Assembly: GCA_965113315.1 (NCBI GenBank)
Contig: OZ220363.1
Length of the DNA: 64,000 nt
Source: Podarcis vaucheri
Lineage: Eukaryota
Strand: one strand, 5' to 3'
Part shown: one piece after another, positions 1 through 12,918 of the stretch
Layout: the number at the start of each line of letters is the position of its first letter
Numbering within the stretch: position 1 is the first letter of the stretch
Translations under genes and position numbers: made by a program
Notes under the pieces: generated by a model
What the model was told of the DNA's origin: nothing
Seen by the model: only the letters and a program-made list of their open reading frames with translations
Database searches by the model: none

Positions 1-1124
1 CAACCCCAACTAAGATATGATCTGAAGTACTGGGTATTTTTCATGTACCAGGGCTGAGTCCAGCTTCTGCTTCATTTAATTTTGAGTCCACCTACTATGT
101 TAAAGATCAGAATTTTGTCTTGCTAATCAAAGGGTCATTTTGAACTCTTAAGGAGTTGCTGACACACCAAACAGGTTTATTAATAAATAGTTTTGTCATG
201 AATCTAAAGAATTATGATTTAGAATGCAAAGACTACAAAGTTCTGTAGAAACTGTTGAAAAACAAATAAACCAGCCTTGTGGGGGCTTTCCTGTAGCTTG
301 GCTTGGGTGAAATTTTGAGGGGCAGCTGACATAACTGATCATATTCCTTGGAATAATTTTATTTTCCATTCAAAGCCAGTGAATAAATTATTGGAGAAGT
401 TTCACTCAGTTTCATAACACAGCTATACTGGGCAAATTCCTATTCTGGGCTAGGTAATTATGAACTTTACAAACATTACTTGTGACAGCCAGTCTGCAGG
501 GGGCCCAACAACACAAAAGAAACAAGGAAATGTGATGTGTTGTTTTACTTATTTCTTCAGCTAATACTCTGTTCTTCAGCTTATATGGCTATTTCCATGC
601 AGTTTCTTTCCCAATCAGGCACTGGCTAATCAAACCTGCTTAACTTTATATTATGCACCCAGCACTGTGGACATTCAAGCTGCTTAGGTGAGGTGGTGGT
701 ATTGCCAGTTTATTAGCAATAGATATGATGTGTTTTGTTATGATTCTAGGGCTTGATTGTTCTTGGTTTCCCTCCTTTCATCTGATTCTTTCCAGACTGG
801 AGATAAGTGAGAAATGTTAGTATTTATCAACAAGGGTGACAAAGGTGACTGGATGATGGAGTAGAGATTTTCCTTACATATTTAGAGTTTGGGAAGAAAT
901 ACTTAATCTGTCCAAAATGATTATTTAATTGCTCCTTAGGGGAAAATGACCGTCATATTTTTAAAATTGTTTTGTTTTGTTGTTTAAAGACCCACCGGTA
1001 AGTGAAGTAGTTTATTTTTATGGACTGTGAAGAATGATCAAGTTTATGATAAGCAGTTTTCACTAAGGTCGTAATTTTGTGCTGGAACATCTTGAGGCTG
1101 ATATTATGGCTTTATCTCCCACAG

Positions 1125-1322
1125 ATTCATGGCTGTGGGGAGAAAGCCAAAGCATATGTCCGGCAGAGAATCAGCAAAGAAGCTTCTCTATGTGCTGGGA
1201 GTGGGTTAAAGGACAAGCCCTTGGATCCTGCCAAGAGAGCTCATCTCCAGAGGCGCCTGGACAAAAAACTCAGTGAGCTCACAAGCCAAAGAAAGAGCAA
1301 AAAGAAAGACAAAGAGAAATGA
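1125..1322 (+). CDS. IGHMBP2: IGHMBP2 (DNA-binding protein SMUBP-2, SF1 helicase), terminal coding exon: end of the AN1 zinc finger and basic C-terminal tail
   Basis: Acceptor ctttatctcccacag|ATT at 1124/1125. Translation [65 protein letters not shown] matches the recalled human C-terminus [27 protein letters not shown]...[27 protein letters not shown] at 1320-1322. Upstream exons lie outside the window. Confidence 0.95.
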   Translation: MHGCGEKAKAYVRQRISKEASLCAGSGLKDKPLDPAKRAHLQRRLDKKLSELTSQRKSKKKDKEK

Positions 1323-1678
1323 GAGGATTAGCTATGTCAAGGCAAGATGCTCGCCTGCCTGTCCTTGAGGCACCTTCGTACAGCAGCATGCTCAGACTCC
1401 AGAGGAAAAAGCTCATCACTCTCTTAAACCTTTTGGCTTCTTTCCCCCACCCTACTCCCCCAAAATCAAGAATAGGTCCTTCAGCTTCATGGTCCTCAGA
1501 GAGCCAGAGATTGACCGAGGAAAGGTTCCCACCGTCTGCAAGTTTCAAACAATTCTCAAGTTGCGTCTTGCACTGTAAAATGTGTTTTTCCTCAGTCACA
1601 TCAGAACTATAAAGCCCCGTTGGTTAAGGAGAAAGGTGGGCAGCTTTTGTTTGTAGTAATGATCTTTATTGGCAAGGT

Positions 1679-1834
1679 AATAAATGTACTCTGAGCGGGC
1701 GCAGAGCAGGTTTTACAATAAAACAGTGATAGCATATGCCTTGAGCAGTGAACTGTCCGTTTGACATTGCATGGTAATGTAATAATCATTGTCCGTGGGA
1801 CTCCTGCCCCCCCCCCATGTGTGGGAGCAATAAA
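1679..1834 (+). terminator. Candidate IGHMBP2 polyadenylation signals
   Basis: AATAAA at 1679-1684, 1717-1722 and 1829-1834, 0.35-0.5 kb after the stop; another at 2524-2529. Which is used cannot be told from sequence. Confidence 0.5.
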
Positions 1835-2884
1835 AACCTCTCTAGGTGGTCCACAAAATTAAGGGAACACAAATAGATTTTTTCCATTTCTCAAGCTCAG
1901 AAACTTGTATGTTGAAAGAAAAGATTCTAAAAAAGATGTGTTAAAATTGTGAGGGGACAAAGTGAAGAAAAATCTAGAAAAATAACCTGGGTTCACTGGC
2001 CCAGCACATACACTTTTACTGGAATATGCTGGGATTGAGCGCAGGTCTTCTGCATACAAAGATGTGTTCCACCCCTATGCCACCACTGTGTGTTATGGAC
2101 CTTAACTTACAGTAGGGAAACCTCAGGGCCAGGGTCCAAATTAAGTCCTTGCAAGTCTCTCTGTTTCATCCCTGAGACTTTTCCCAGTGCCACATCCCTC
2201 ACTGGGCCTGCACTAGGCCCACATCAAGTGCTTTAGCCTGTCTTGAATGTGTATCTGAACTGTGGTGCTGAGGGGTTCCTGTGAGGGGATCCTCTGACTT
2301 GCACATGGCTGCAATGTGGTCTACTGTGCTAAGGTTGGGTCCGATCTGTTGCTCCACTTGTTTGTTTGTTTTCCTCTGACCCTTCCAGCCACCGACATGC
2401 AGCTCTTTGAAGGTTGTCCATGAGGGAATGTGTCCCTGCAGCTGAAAAGCATTTGCCATCCTTTGGCCTAGAATCACAGAATGTGTGAGGTAGAATTTTT
2501 TTCCTCAAATTCATTCAAGTTCCAATAAAAATAGACACGTTTCATTTTGGGGAGTGTGTGGAGCTGTTTGTTTACAAAACAATGTAGTCCCACAAATAAT
2601 TACCCAGTAGAGTTTTCATTGTGCAGAACTATATGCAACCAAGAAGTAGGGAAATAATGGTCCCATTTTCAGGGGAGGGCTCTCAGTGTCATGTTGTTAT
2701 GAATGTGGCCTCATGATTTTGTTCAGAGGCTCAAGTACTTTAAGAAAGAAAAAGGGTGCATTCCTCTCCTGTTCTTTTCAGGCAGTGTCCTTTTCACCTC
2801 ATCCTATGAACTACGCAAAATTGGTTAAGCTTCTGGTATCTAGAGCAAGTTAATTGTATTTTTGTTGGTTCTTTTATTTCTTAT

Positions 2885-2956
2885 ATTAAGAACAGAAGAA
2901 GAGCCTGCTGGATCAAGCCAGTGGCCCATCTAGTCCAGCCTCCTCTTCTCACAGTG
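2885..2956 (-). mobile_element. CR1-type LINE 3' tail fragment
   Basis: aagaacagaagaagagcctgctggatcaagccagtggcccatctagtccagcctcctcttctcacagtg resembles the reverse complement of the tails at 11190-11253 and 16050-16105. Confidence 0.65.
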
Positions 2957-5900
2957 CTATTTTATTGTATTACAATTTGAATTCTGTGGAATGCAATTTG
3001 TACAGTATCTAGCACAATGCATTATAATTGCTACAACAGGCAGAAAAACCATTAAGTGGTCTGCCAAGGCCATCAGCAATTTTCAAGTGGTCCCGGGGGG
3101 GGGGGTAAGTTTGGGAACCACTGATCTAGAATGATTACAAGTCCCAAGTTCCTTTAGCCGGAAATGTCCTAGATGTTCTTGGCAGGATTTGTTCAGCCTT
3201 GGGCTCAAAAGCAATGGGACGTCATTCGCTTGCCATGCATAGTGTCTCTAAGGGTCTACAAATGCCCTGCAGTTCTACCATCTGCCAGTATTAACCTTGG
3301 GTTTGTTACCCTTCCAATCTCTCTTCTCCTTTACTTTAAATTAATGTGTTCACTTTCTCTTGTCAGCCTTGAAAACACAAGAGGTGTTTGTGTTTTATCA
3401 TCTGATCCTAACAATTGGTGTCACATCATTTCTGAGATTCTAATAATGATGCAGCTACAACCTTGTTTGCTCTTGGATTCTGAACCCATAACTTATAATG
3501 CGAGCCGACAATAATAAAATGAAATTGAATTCATTTTTTAAAAACCCACAATCATTATATTCTGCATAAAATTAATGTACTCTGTTTAGGAAAGCTCAGT
3601 GTGACCAGATGAAATTTTACCAGAGCAGAATGCTAAATGCAGATCAGTATGCAAGATCCAAAAGAGGATTTGGAGGTACGTTGGTCCTAATTGTGATAGA
3701 TTGATTGAGGTAGGACTCCAGTGCATATTATTACACTCATTGTAGTGTGGGTGTCTGCGGGCAGGGGCAAGGAATCTGGAAAGTTTTAGAAGTGTATTTC
3801 CCCCCCTAAATGCAGACACTGGCAATTCTCTCTCGGGTTTTGTGTCTGTTTGTAATGTATAATATTAGCTATTTGAAGACATAACAATAAGAATATGGTA
3901 ACATAATAATATTTTTGTTATTATAATTTTTAAAAAGAAGTGTGGGGTGAGCAGTAGCTCCATTATTAAGATCTCTTTACACTTGACTGTGTTTGGGTTG
4001 CTTAGCACCTTCTAGTTTGGAGTGCTGCTGGCTTAATGAGCAACCCCTTCCTTTAGTATCACCTTCTGGAATACTTCAAAGATGACGAATAATGCCTTAT
4101 TAACAGAGCCCATTCTCTGAAATGTAAAAGAACAGAAGTGTGACACAAGGTTACAGTGTAATTATAATAAATCTGAGGAGGACAATTCCCTCAATAGTTA
4201 GTTATTCCGTGCTGATAAAATATTTCTGAGCTAACATTAAAAAAGTAAAAAATGGACAGACTTGCTGCCAAGCAGTTAAAATTTCCCTTGGGCTTCTTGC
4301 CCAGAAACCAGTTGATATTAGTTCTGTCATTTAAATTTTCCTTAAAAATATACAATGAAACCAGCACAAGGAAAGTCACCAGCTGGCAAGTCAAGGCTGA
4401 ATTATTTCAAATCACAGCAGAATGGAACAGAGTATAAATCGCATCTGTTCTGCTTGTACCTCTATCTTCACATCTGCTTCTGCCGTTACCGATTTCCATA
4501 ATTGTTTATCAGGGCTTAATTTGAACCTAGCACCTTCTCCTGTGTCTTACCATCATTGCCTTTGCTGGCACTTTTGGAGGGGAGATTGAGGAAGGGAGTT
4601 GTGACGCATTTAGGCTGTGAAGAAGACATATGACCCCCTGAACTGTATTTAAGCTGGACTGCTGTGGCTCCCTGGAGTGCAGCAAGGTTTGAATTTGAAG
4701 GTTTGATAAGCTTTCTAATTTATTTATTTGCCTCCTAATATTTATTTTGCTCTGTACTTGTTATGCATCATCTAGATGATTTCATTGTAATTTATTGCAT
4801 TTATCCTTTTGGTTTTTCTTTGTTTGAATTTAGTGGCATGTTTTGTAACATTTTATGTTTGTATATTTATTTTAAAAATTGCTGTTATGAGCTGCTTTTG
4901 AGTGCAGTTCACCTTGGGAAAGTGGCATAAAAATGAAATAAACTTAGCTCATTGCTTTTGATATCAGAGCTTAATCCCCTAATCAGCTGGGCAATAATGA
5001 GCATGTTCAAAGAACCTTCTCACCACTGAGTATCTATAGTCTGTTCCCACATATATCCAAGCAGAGTTGAGCTCCAATCCCACAAGATTTTTTGAAATTA
5101 ACCACCGGTGTATGTTTGGGAACTGGAAAGACACTAGCAATTAGTCCATGGACTGAAAGTTACTGTATCTTAACTAGTTCCAGTTCACTTTCATTGCTTT
5201 ATTCTATGTCAACATAAATAATCACTCTAATAAACAGGAGAATGTGGTCAGATGCCGCTAGTGATGTTATATCATAGTGGTGTGTATGAGCACCTGGCTT
5301 AAGAAGAAACCCTGTATGTTTCACTCTGTATATTGGTTGTCAATGTGCACATTCCTTGTGCAAAAGTTAGCATTTCTCAGGGTGGCTATTACTGGCTGAA
5401 GGAAGGCTTGTTGGCTTTAAAGTTTAGATGCCTTGTGCTCCAGGAATGCAGATGAGCCTGCAAGAGCATGACATTATATATATATTCCCTGCAGAGAAGA
5501 ATAGGAACAGCTTGCAAACTGAGCTGTCCAGGGTACTGAAAAACCTCAGCTCTTGTCGAAAGCAGTCCTGTAATTTATTCTAGCTGAGAAATTAATCATA
5601 TCCTGTAATCAGTGTTAATGTGTTTCAAAATGTAGCTGTAGAATGGAAGCCCCATAGTCAGTCACTCAAATACCCAGTCACTCATAAAAACCTGAATGAT
5701 GTCACGAGGGTCCTTCAGACCATGTTAATCTAAGAGAAGAAATATTGTGGTAAAGAGTTGCTAGAGAGGGTTTGCTAGAGAATCTGGCTATTGACAGAGG
5801 CTCATTTTAATAGATTTAGTGGATTTGATGGTGGTTATATTGTATATGTAGTGACTGTTGATGTTTCTGGATGATGCCATGGCCTTTGGTTAGTGCAGTA

Positions 5901-6149
5901 AAGTTTGTGGTGATGACAGAGGCTCATGCACTGCAAGTGTGAGGGGAAGATCAATAGTCATTCAGCAAAGGTGGGAGAGGGCTTTCAGAGTTTTATAGAT
6001 TCTAGAGATAGAAACAGCACAGCATAGTTGTACTATCCAGGACCGACACATTTTTGCTTTGTGGAATAGGCTGTCCCTAAGGACTCAAAAGAACTTAGTA
6101 TCCTGTCCCAAGTTTTGGAAGGGTAGATTTCAGTTGAAAATTACAGAAA

Positions 6150-6312
6150 AGTTCTCAACAGTGAATGCATTTGTCAGTGGTTGGCTCTCCCTCACTGGAT
6201 GTCTTCAAGCAGAAGCTAGACAGCCATCTCTTGGGGATGCTCTAGATTCCCTACATCAAACAAGGGTTAGACTGAATGGGTTACACAGCCCCCTACACTT
6301 CTGTGATTCTGT
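6150..6312 (+). mobile_element. Old CR1 LINE 3' end
   Basis: tccctcactggatgtcttcaagcagaagctagacagccatct (SPSLDVFKQKLDSHL-like ORF2 end), ending in ttctgtgattctg, the CR1 terminal octamer-like repeat. Confidence 0.6.
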
Positions 6313-7774
6313 TCCTTCCTTCCTGGATATGTGTGTCTGTAGAATCCTAATCTGCAGCCTCTTTAACTGTGATAGCTCTGTTATGCTGCCAGGTCTAGAG
6401 GTAGCAATAATTTCATTTTGTTGCTTAGCAGGAAGGGTTTGTTGCCTCACTGCATCTTAGATCCAAGGAACAGTTCTGCATTTGTGTTTAGAAATAAACA
6501 ATTCCCTGTGTTGTATGAAAAGACAGGGACTTGCTGCCTTTCATTTCAGCTCATTCACAGGCATTTTTAAGACAATAGTGTTTTTTGAGAGGCATCAGCT
6601 GTGTAGAATCCATCAGCCTCAGAAGGAGTTGTCTGAGTCACTGATAAGCCTGTATATAGTAACTGCAGTCTCACTTCTCTGAGTACCAGTCCTTAGGTAG
6701 CCAAAACAGCACCATCCATGCACAAGATGGGATATCTGGAGGCTTGGACGACTCAAGAATTACAGCGGTACAAAGCACCCCCCCCAAAAAAAAAGACCCA
6801 GTGAGGACTCCCATCACAAAAAACAGCCCAATGTGGATGGAACATGCCTTGTGTGATGCTAACTGTTGGATTAAGTATAGAAAACTGGGCAGGAGGGGAA
6901 ATGGAATGGTGTGTCCTGGAAAAACTACTTCACCTTGGTTGGAACACTGAAGGTTCGACTGTGAGAGTCATTCTATATGGATCCAAAGTAGCACCACCCA
7001 CACACAAAAGGGTGGTAACTCCTACAGGGATGAGGCCCCTCACTACACTCCAATGAACTGCCCAGAGAACTTGGTTGAGCAAACTACAAGTGTTCTAAAT
7101 AAATGAAGCTAGAACATGGAGCCAACCTATGGAATTGGTGCATAGTAGATTCAGGACAGGTTAGACTGGGGGCCACTAACTTAAGAGGTTTTTTGAACAT
7201 ATTCATTGAGTGGCACTTGCATCTTTACAGGTTTTTGTGCTTGCACTGCTCTTTATACAACCATGAGGATTCCCCATCCCCTTCCCTCCCCAAGAACTAA
7301 TTTTTAAAATAAACATTCACAGTTTGTACCTTAAAGCAGACACTATAAATGCTTTATATTGGCACTGTACTCTAAAGCCACTCTAAATGCACCACTTTGT
7401 GCTATAAATGTGCCCAGGCTTTTGTGGGTGTTTAATTCCAGAGGGTTGGTTGTGATTTAACCCTGCCCTGGGTTGTTAGCTGCATTTTATCTGTGCCATA
7501 ATGTTTTATGTTTAGAAATGTCATTTTATTGTATGCTACCTTGAAGCTGGATGGTTAAGGCAATTTAAAAATATTTTCATGACTGATAATAACAACCCGA
7601 AATGCTATCACCTTTGTTCAGTCACAAGATCAAAAACAACACAAGCCACTTATTTTTTTTGTTTTGCTGACTGGACAAACTCCAAAGGGCAATACATGAC
7701 TGAGCACTTTGGGTTTCTGTTTTTCTAAGCATCTTTAAAGGGTGGTTCATTACAGTCCTCACTCTGCCCCATCA

Positions 7775-8955
7775 ATGGCGGATTATCAAAGTGAACCATT
7801 TACAGTGGAATCAGGTATTAAACAGGGTTGTGTTACTGCCCCAACACTATTTATTGTTTCATTGCTGTGATCCTAGAAATCATATATCAAACAGATGGAA
7901 AGCTCTTTAATCTGAATAGGCTGAAAGCAAAGAGTAAGGTTACCCAAACTTCTGTCATAGAGCTTCAGTATACTGATGATAACGTTGTGTGTGCACACTC
8001 AGAGGATGACCTCGAAACCATCCTAAATATCTTCACATAAACTTACAAAAAGCTTGGTCTATCACTCAACAACCAAAAAACCAAAGTGTTGTGCCAACAA
8101 GCACAAAGTAACCCCTCTGCAGGGCCACAAATCAAACTCAATGGTGTAATGTTGGAAAGTGTCAATCCCTTCTCCTACCTAGGCAGTTATCTTTCCACAA
8201 TTGATGCCGAAATCCAGCACCACCTGAGCTCTGGGAGTGCAGCTTTCTCCCAATTAAAGCAGAGTGTTTGAGAACTAGCACATTTGCAGGCCAACCAAAT
8301 GCTTGTTTACAAAGCTATTGTACTACCAACTTTACTGTAGGCTTGTGAAACATGGACCACTTATAAACACTACATTTCCAACTCCTTGAAAGATTCCATC
8401 AGTGGAGTCTGCAAAAATCTTTACATGTCACTTGGGAAGACAGGCGAACTAATGTCAGTGTACTGGGAGAAGCAAAGATCACCCGTGTCAAATAAATGAT
8501 TCTTCAACATCAACTTCATTGGACTGGTCATGTTCTTCAGATGCCTGATTATTGTCTTCCAAAGCAACTACTCTATTCTGAACTTAAAAATGGAAAGTGT
8601 AATGCTGGTGGTCAACAAAAGAGATTTAAAGATGCTCTCAAGACAAATCTAAAAAAATGTAGTATAAACACCGACAATTGGGAAACACAGGCCTGTGAGT
8701 GCTCCAATTGGAGAACAGCCTTTACCAAAGGTGTCATGGACTTAGGAGATGCTCAAACTCAGGACAAATGTGCTAAGAGGAAGGCACCCTTGGCAAACCC
8801 TCACCATGATCAACTCCCGCCCAGAAATCTATGTCCCCACTGTGGAAGCACATGTGGATCCAGAATTCGCCTCCACAGTCACTTACAGACTCACTGTTAA
8901 TACCGTGTTCATGGAAGACAATCTTACTCGGCTACGAGTGATCGCAAAAGGAGAT
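7775..8955 (+). mobile_element. 5'-truncated, frameshifted RTE-clade non-LTR retrotransposon (RT C-terminal half plus C-terminal Cys/His motif)
   Basis: Successive peptides SEPFTVESGIKQGCVTAPTLF, YQTDGKLFNLNRLKAKSKV...ELQYTDD (YADD motif), FSYLGSYLS..IDAEIQH, QLHWTGHVLQMPDYCLPKQLLYSEL..GGQQKRFKD.LK and CPHCGSTCGSRIRLHSHLQTH are typical of RTE-clade ORFs. Several stops and frameshifts. Confidence 0.9.
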
Positions 8956-9689
8956 CATAATTTGTGCCCCACTGATAAATCTGTTTCATCAGGCTATGTC
9001 AGCTCCAGGGCAAAGCCACATTGCTCAAGTGAGCTATTTGGAGTCCATGGAATAGAATCAGTGCTTTGGCCAGAAAAAGAAGAGCTGGAGTTGCATTAAA
9101 ATGCAAACCAGAGTTACACTTCAGATCAGCTGAAAAATAACTGAGTGCTGCTAGGTAAAGAAAGAGGTAAGTTCATTAAAGGTGATTTTCTCATGCTCCA
9201 GAGTGCTTGTGGTCAAAGCACAGAAGATATATAGGTCAAGACTATTTTCCCTGTCCCACATCAAGAATGTGATGTTTGCAGGGCACACTCAGTAGTCACG
9301 CAGTGGACAGCTCCCTAATCCATTTACTAAGCCAGCTGCCACTTACTTAGGAGTAAGCCCCATTGAACACAAACTAAGGAAAATATGGCCACACTTAGTT
9401 AAAATGCACAATAAGACAAGTTCATCTAAACATCAAAATATTAAAATAAACACCTATAATTAAAATGTACAATAAATAAGGCCTGCAATACCGCATAACT
9501 GTTAAAGAATTAAAACAGGAGGTTCAGTCAGCAGATCCGGGAAGTGCTTGTCAAAACAGGCAAGTTTTCGAGCACACATGGTTACAAGATATGACTCTGG
9601 AAAATGTTAAGCTAAATTGCTCTTTTTTCCTACATTCAGTCTGGCCTCTAATCCCATATTTTCACCACTTTGAAGTTGCTAATGAATTA

Positions 9690-9858
9690 CCGTATTTTTT
9701 GCACCATAACACTCACTTTTTTCCTCCTAAAAAGTAAGGGGAAATGTCTGTGCATGTTATGGAGTGAATGCCTACGGGTGGCATGCCTACGGATTTTCCT
9801 CCTCTAAAAACTACATGCGTGTTATGGTCGGGTGCGTGTTATAGAGCGAAAAATACGG
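9690..9858. mobile_element. 169-bp non-autonomous Tc1/mariner (Tc2/pogo-like) MITE, copy 1
   Basis: TIRs CCGTATTTTT...AAAAATACGG flanked by TA on both sides (9688-9689, 9859-9860); near-identical copy at 27442-27610. Confidence 0.9.
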
Positions 9859-9921
9859 TAATAGCTGGCATTAGAGCTAGTGGAGAAACCATGTGGATCA
9901 GGCGTCTGCAGACTTTTTCAG

Positions 9922-10148
9922 CAGGGGTCCTGTCTGCTGTCCCTCAGACCTTGTGGGGAGGCGGACTATATTTTGAAAAAAAAAATGAACGAATTCCTAT
10001 GCCCCACAAATAACCCAGAGATGCATTTTAAATAAAAGGACACATTCTACTCTTGTAAAAACACCCTGATTCCCAGACCGTCCATGGGCCGGATTTAGAA
10101 GGCGATTGGGCCGGATCCAGCCCCCAGGCCTTAGTTTGCCTACCCATG
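9922..10148. mobile_element. hAT-like non-autonomous DNA transposon
   Basis: Begins CAGGGGTC, ends tttgcctacccatg, with subterminal gggccggat repeats typical of hAT elements. No clear TSD. Confidence 0.6.
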
Positions 10149-10931
10149 ATGTGGATGGTAGCCTGGCAATTGCCCATAAGAATTTTTCAGTCCCTGGCTG
10201 GACTAGGAATCCTCATGCTGGCATGGAAAGATAAGGCAATAGTGATGGAATAAGGGAGAGAAGTCTACCGGTCTATGAATAACTGGAAATATATCAATTG
10301 ATGTGACGGTATGCTTCTTAGTAGTAGAGACTGGTCAGAATAGTTTCACCCTGTAACACTGTGTAATTTGGAGAGTGCTATCAAGATTTAGGTCTAGCAA
10401 GAAAAGTGTTGTACTTCTGTCCCACAATTCACCATGATCAATGCAATTATAGCAATCTAGCTCAACAGATAGCCATAGCCATTCAGATAGAAAGAGAATT
10501 AACAGGTACAAATAATGTTAAACCTTAATTTGACTACAAATTAAGCTGAGCAGTGATTTATGCAGCACCTTTTTAAATTCAAAGCACTTTACAAGGACAG
10601 AAAGTAGATATGGGGAGTATAAACAAAAGGTTTAACCTTTAGGTGCTCCACAAGATACATACAACAATTGGGCTGTCCAGTACCAATGGCCACCTAAAAT
10701 GGCTGCACCTAAAATTTTCCCTCTATTTGCACTGGTAACTGGCTAGTACAGCCTCTAGCTTCTGCCAGCAACATCACACCAACAAAGAAACAGCCTTAAA
10801 TAGCCTTTAAATACCTGACATGCGAGATTGTTGCTATATTACATCTTCCATCTCTCTAGTGAATTTACATGCTTTTGTGAGTAGTGTTATATCCAGTGTG
10901 TGAGCACTATAAGCAGTGAAGGAGGGACTAG

Positions 10932-11253
10932 TGAAGAAAGTACTTTTCCATGCAATGCAAAGTTAAACTATGGAACTTATTCCCCCAGGTGGCAGGGATG
11001 GTCACCAACTTGGATGGGTTTAAAAAAGGATTGGATGGATTCATGGAGAATAGGGCTATAGGGCTATCAATGGCTATTAGCCACAGCTCAAGGCTAATTG
11101 CTCATGAAAACCAATTGCTGGAAACCACAGGAGGGGAAAGTGCTTGTGTGCTCTGTTCCTGCTGAAGGGTTTCGCACAGGCATCTGGGTGGCCACTGTGA
11201 GAACAGAATGCTGGATTAAATTGACTACTTGCCTGGTCCAGACAGTTCTTATG
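10932..11253 (+). mobile_element. CR1 LINE 3' end (ORF2 C-terminus plus 3' UTR)
   Basis: KKVLFHA / KVKLWNLFPQVAGMVTNLDGFKKGLDGFMENRAI resembles the CR1 ORF2 end (FFTQRVVKLWNSLP...DGFKRGLDKFME); tail ggccactgtgagaacagaatgctgga...gttcttatg. Confidence 0.85.
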
Positions 11254-12875
11254 ACCTCAAAGGGCTAGGAGCATTTGCAGTGCTCATAAAAGCTGATCTG
11301 TGGTGTTTCACAAGTGCCTTCCTCTGCTCATGGGAATAGGGCATTTGTGCGAGTGCCAGGAAAAGTGATATTTGAACCAGTTTTGGGGGAAACCACTACT
11401 GAGTCAATAACTCCGTAGCTTTCCCATCAGTTGTGACTTTGCATTCTAACCACCTTCTTGAAACCACATAGGGAAAGCATCAGTCACCAAGCTGTACAAT
11501 CAGCCTTGCTGAACTCCATGTTCATACAAACTACAGGAGCTGTTTAGCAGCTGCTGCTGTGGAAACCATTTACAGCAAGCCACCATTTCAGAGCTAAATA
11601 ACAGTCACAAGAGTAGCCTTGCAAAATGAATCCCTCCCAAATTCTGTAGCGTTAATGTTCTGTTGCAATGTAACCACATGGCTAATAGTCTTTATTGCTT
11701 TAGCAAAAGGATTTCTGCCTTTAGCATGCACAACTAATATATAAAATGCTTAAACTTTGAACTAAGAGTCAGTTCATATGTAGAGACTGTGAACTGGCCG
11801 CCACATCTAGGTGTTGCAGACAAATAAGCACAAGTGGTCTGAACCACAAAGTTTTGCCTCTGCATGGGCATAAGGGTGTATCATAATTATTTCCATGGTG
11901 ATCTCTTGATCTGTGATGACTCATTCAAAGAGGTGAGTCACCAATTAATGTGAATATGCGTATATAAGCCAATTCAGCGATGCTCCTAGTTTAGCAAGTG
12001 AGACCAATAAATGAGAACAGATTTTTGCTTACTAGCCTGCCATACCAGGCGTGGAGTGGTTGGGCAGAGTGGCCACTTATGCATTGCTAAAAAAGGAGAA
12101 AAAATCCCTAATCCCTAAAAAGGAGGCACAGATATGTATGAAACTCCTCTGTGTAAATTTATATGGAAATATGTAAATTTAGAAATAATTTCTATAATTT
12201 AAATAGAGAGTCAATACATCTCTCCATAATGAGGACAACTGTGACCAGGTGACCTATATGTGTCTCTACAGTTCCTGGGCAATTTGAACCCCATGCTGCA
12301 CTCTTCCTTCTTATAGCTCTATAAAACCAGACTAGGGACTGCACAACCCTTCAATGCATAAACACTGAATGTCACATGTAGTCTGAAAGTTGTACTCCAG
12401 TTCCTCAAAATGAGGTGAAAATGTGGCTAGAAGTCACCTCCATGAAGTCACCTCCATGATTTAATTGAAAAGGAGCTGCAAGCAAAAATATTTACTATTT
12501 CCCCCTTTCTGGGTATATTAATGATAAAGCCAAAATAATATAGGTTTCTTCATGGGGAGAAAAAGTTTAAATATTAAAATAAGTTTTGAATCTTTAATGA
12601 AGGAGTGCATTCGAAGCAAGCAGGCTGAACCGGAATGGAAAAAGACAGCCTCTAAGTACTCTTTGCCAAGTATTGCTTGGACATTATCACTAATCAATGA
12701 CAAATTGATCATTTGTGCTCACTTTGTTTCAATTTATCCCAAGCTTTCAATGCTACAGCCATTAAATAAATCATCCAACTTCCAAAGCGTTGCCTGCTTC
12801 CAAGTAAATGTACTAAATCCACCCACACAATTGCCTGACGTTCTCCCCAGAATCTTTGAGCAGACAAAACAACAC

Positions 12876-12918
12876 CAAGCAAGCAAGCAAGCAAGCAAAC
12901 AAACAAACAAATAAACAA
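12876..12918 (+). repeat. Compound (CAAG)n(CAAA)n microsatellite
   Basis: caagcaagcaagcaagcaagcaaacaaacaaacaaataaacaaa read directly. Confidence 0.9.

Noticed and set aside
12430-12459. 14-bp direct tandem duplication gaagtcacctccat x2 (similar 12-bp one near 20449-20472)
   Set aside because: Ordinary slippage-type microduplications with no array or spacer structure; nothing CRISPR-like in this eukaryotic window.
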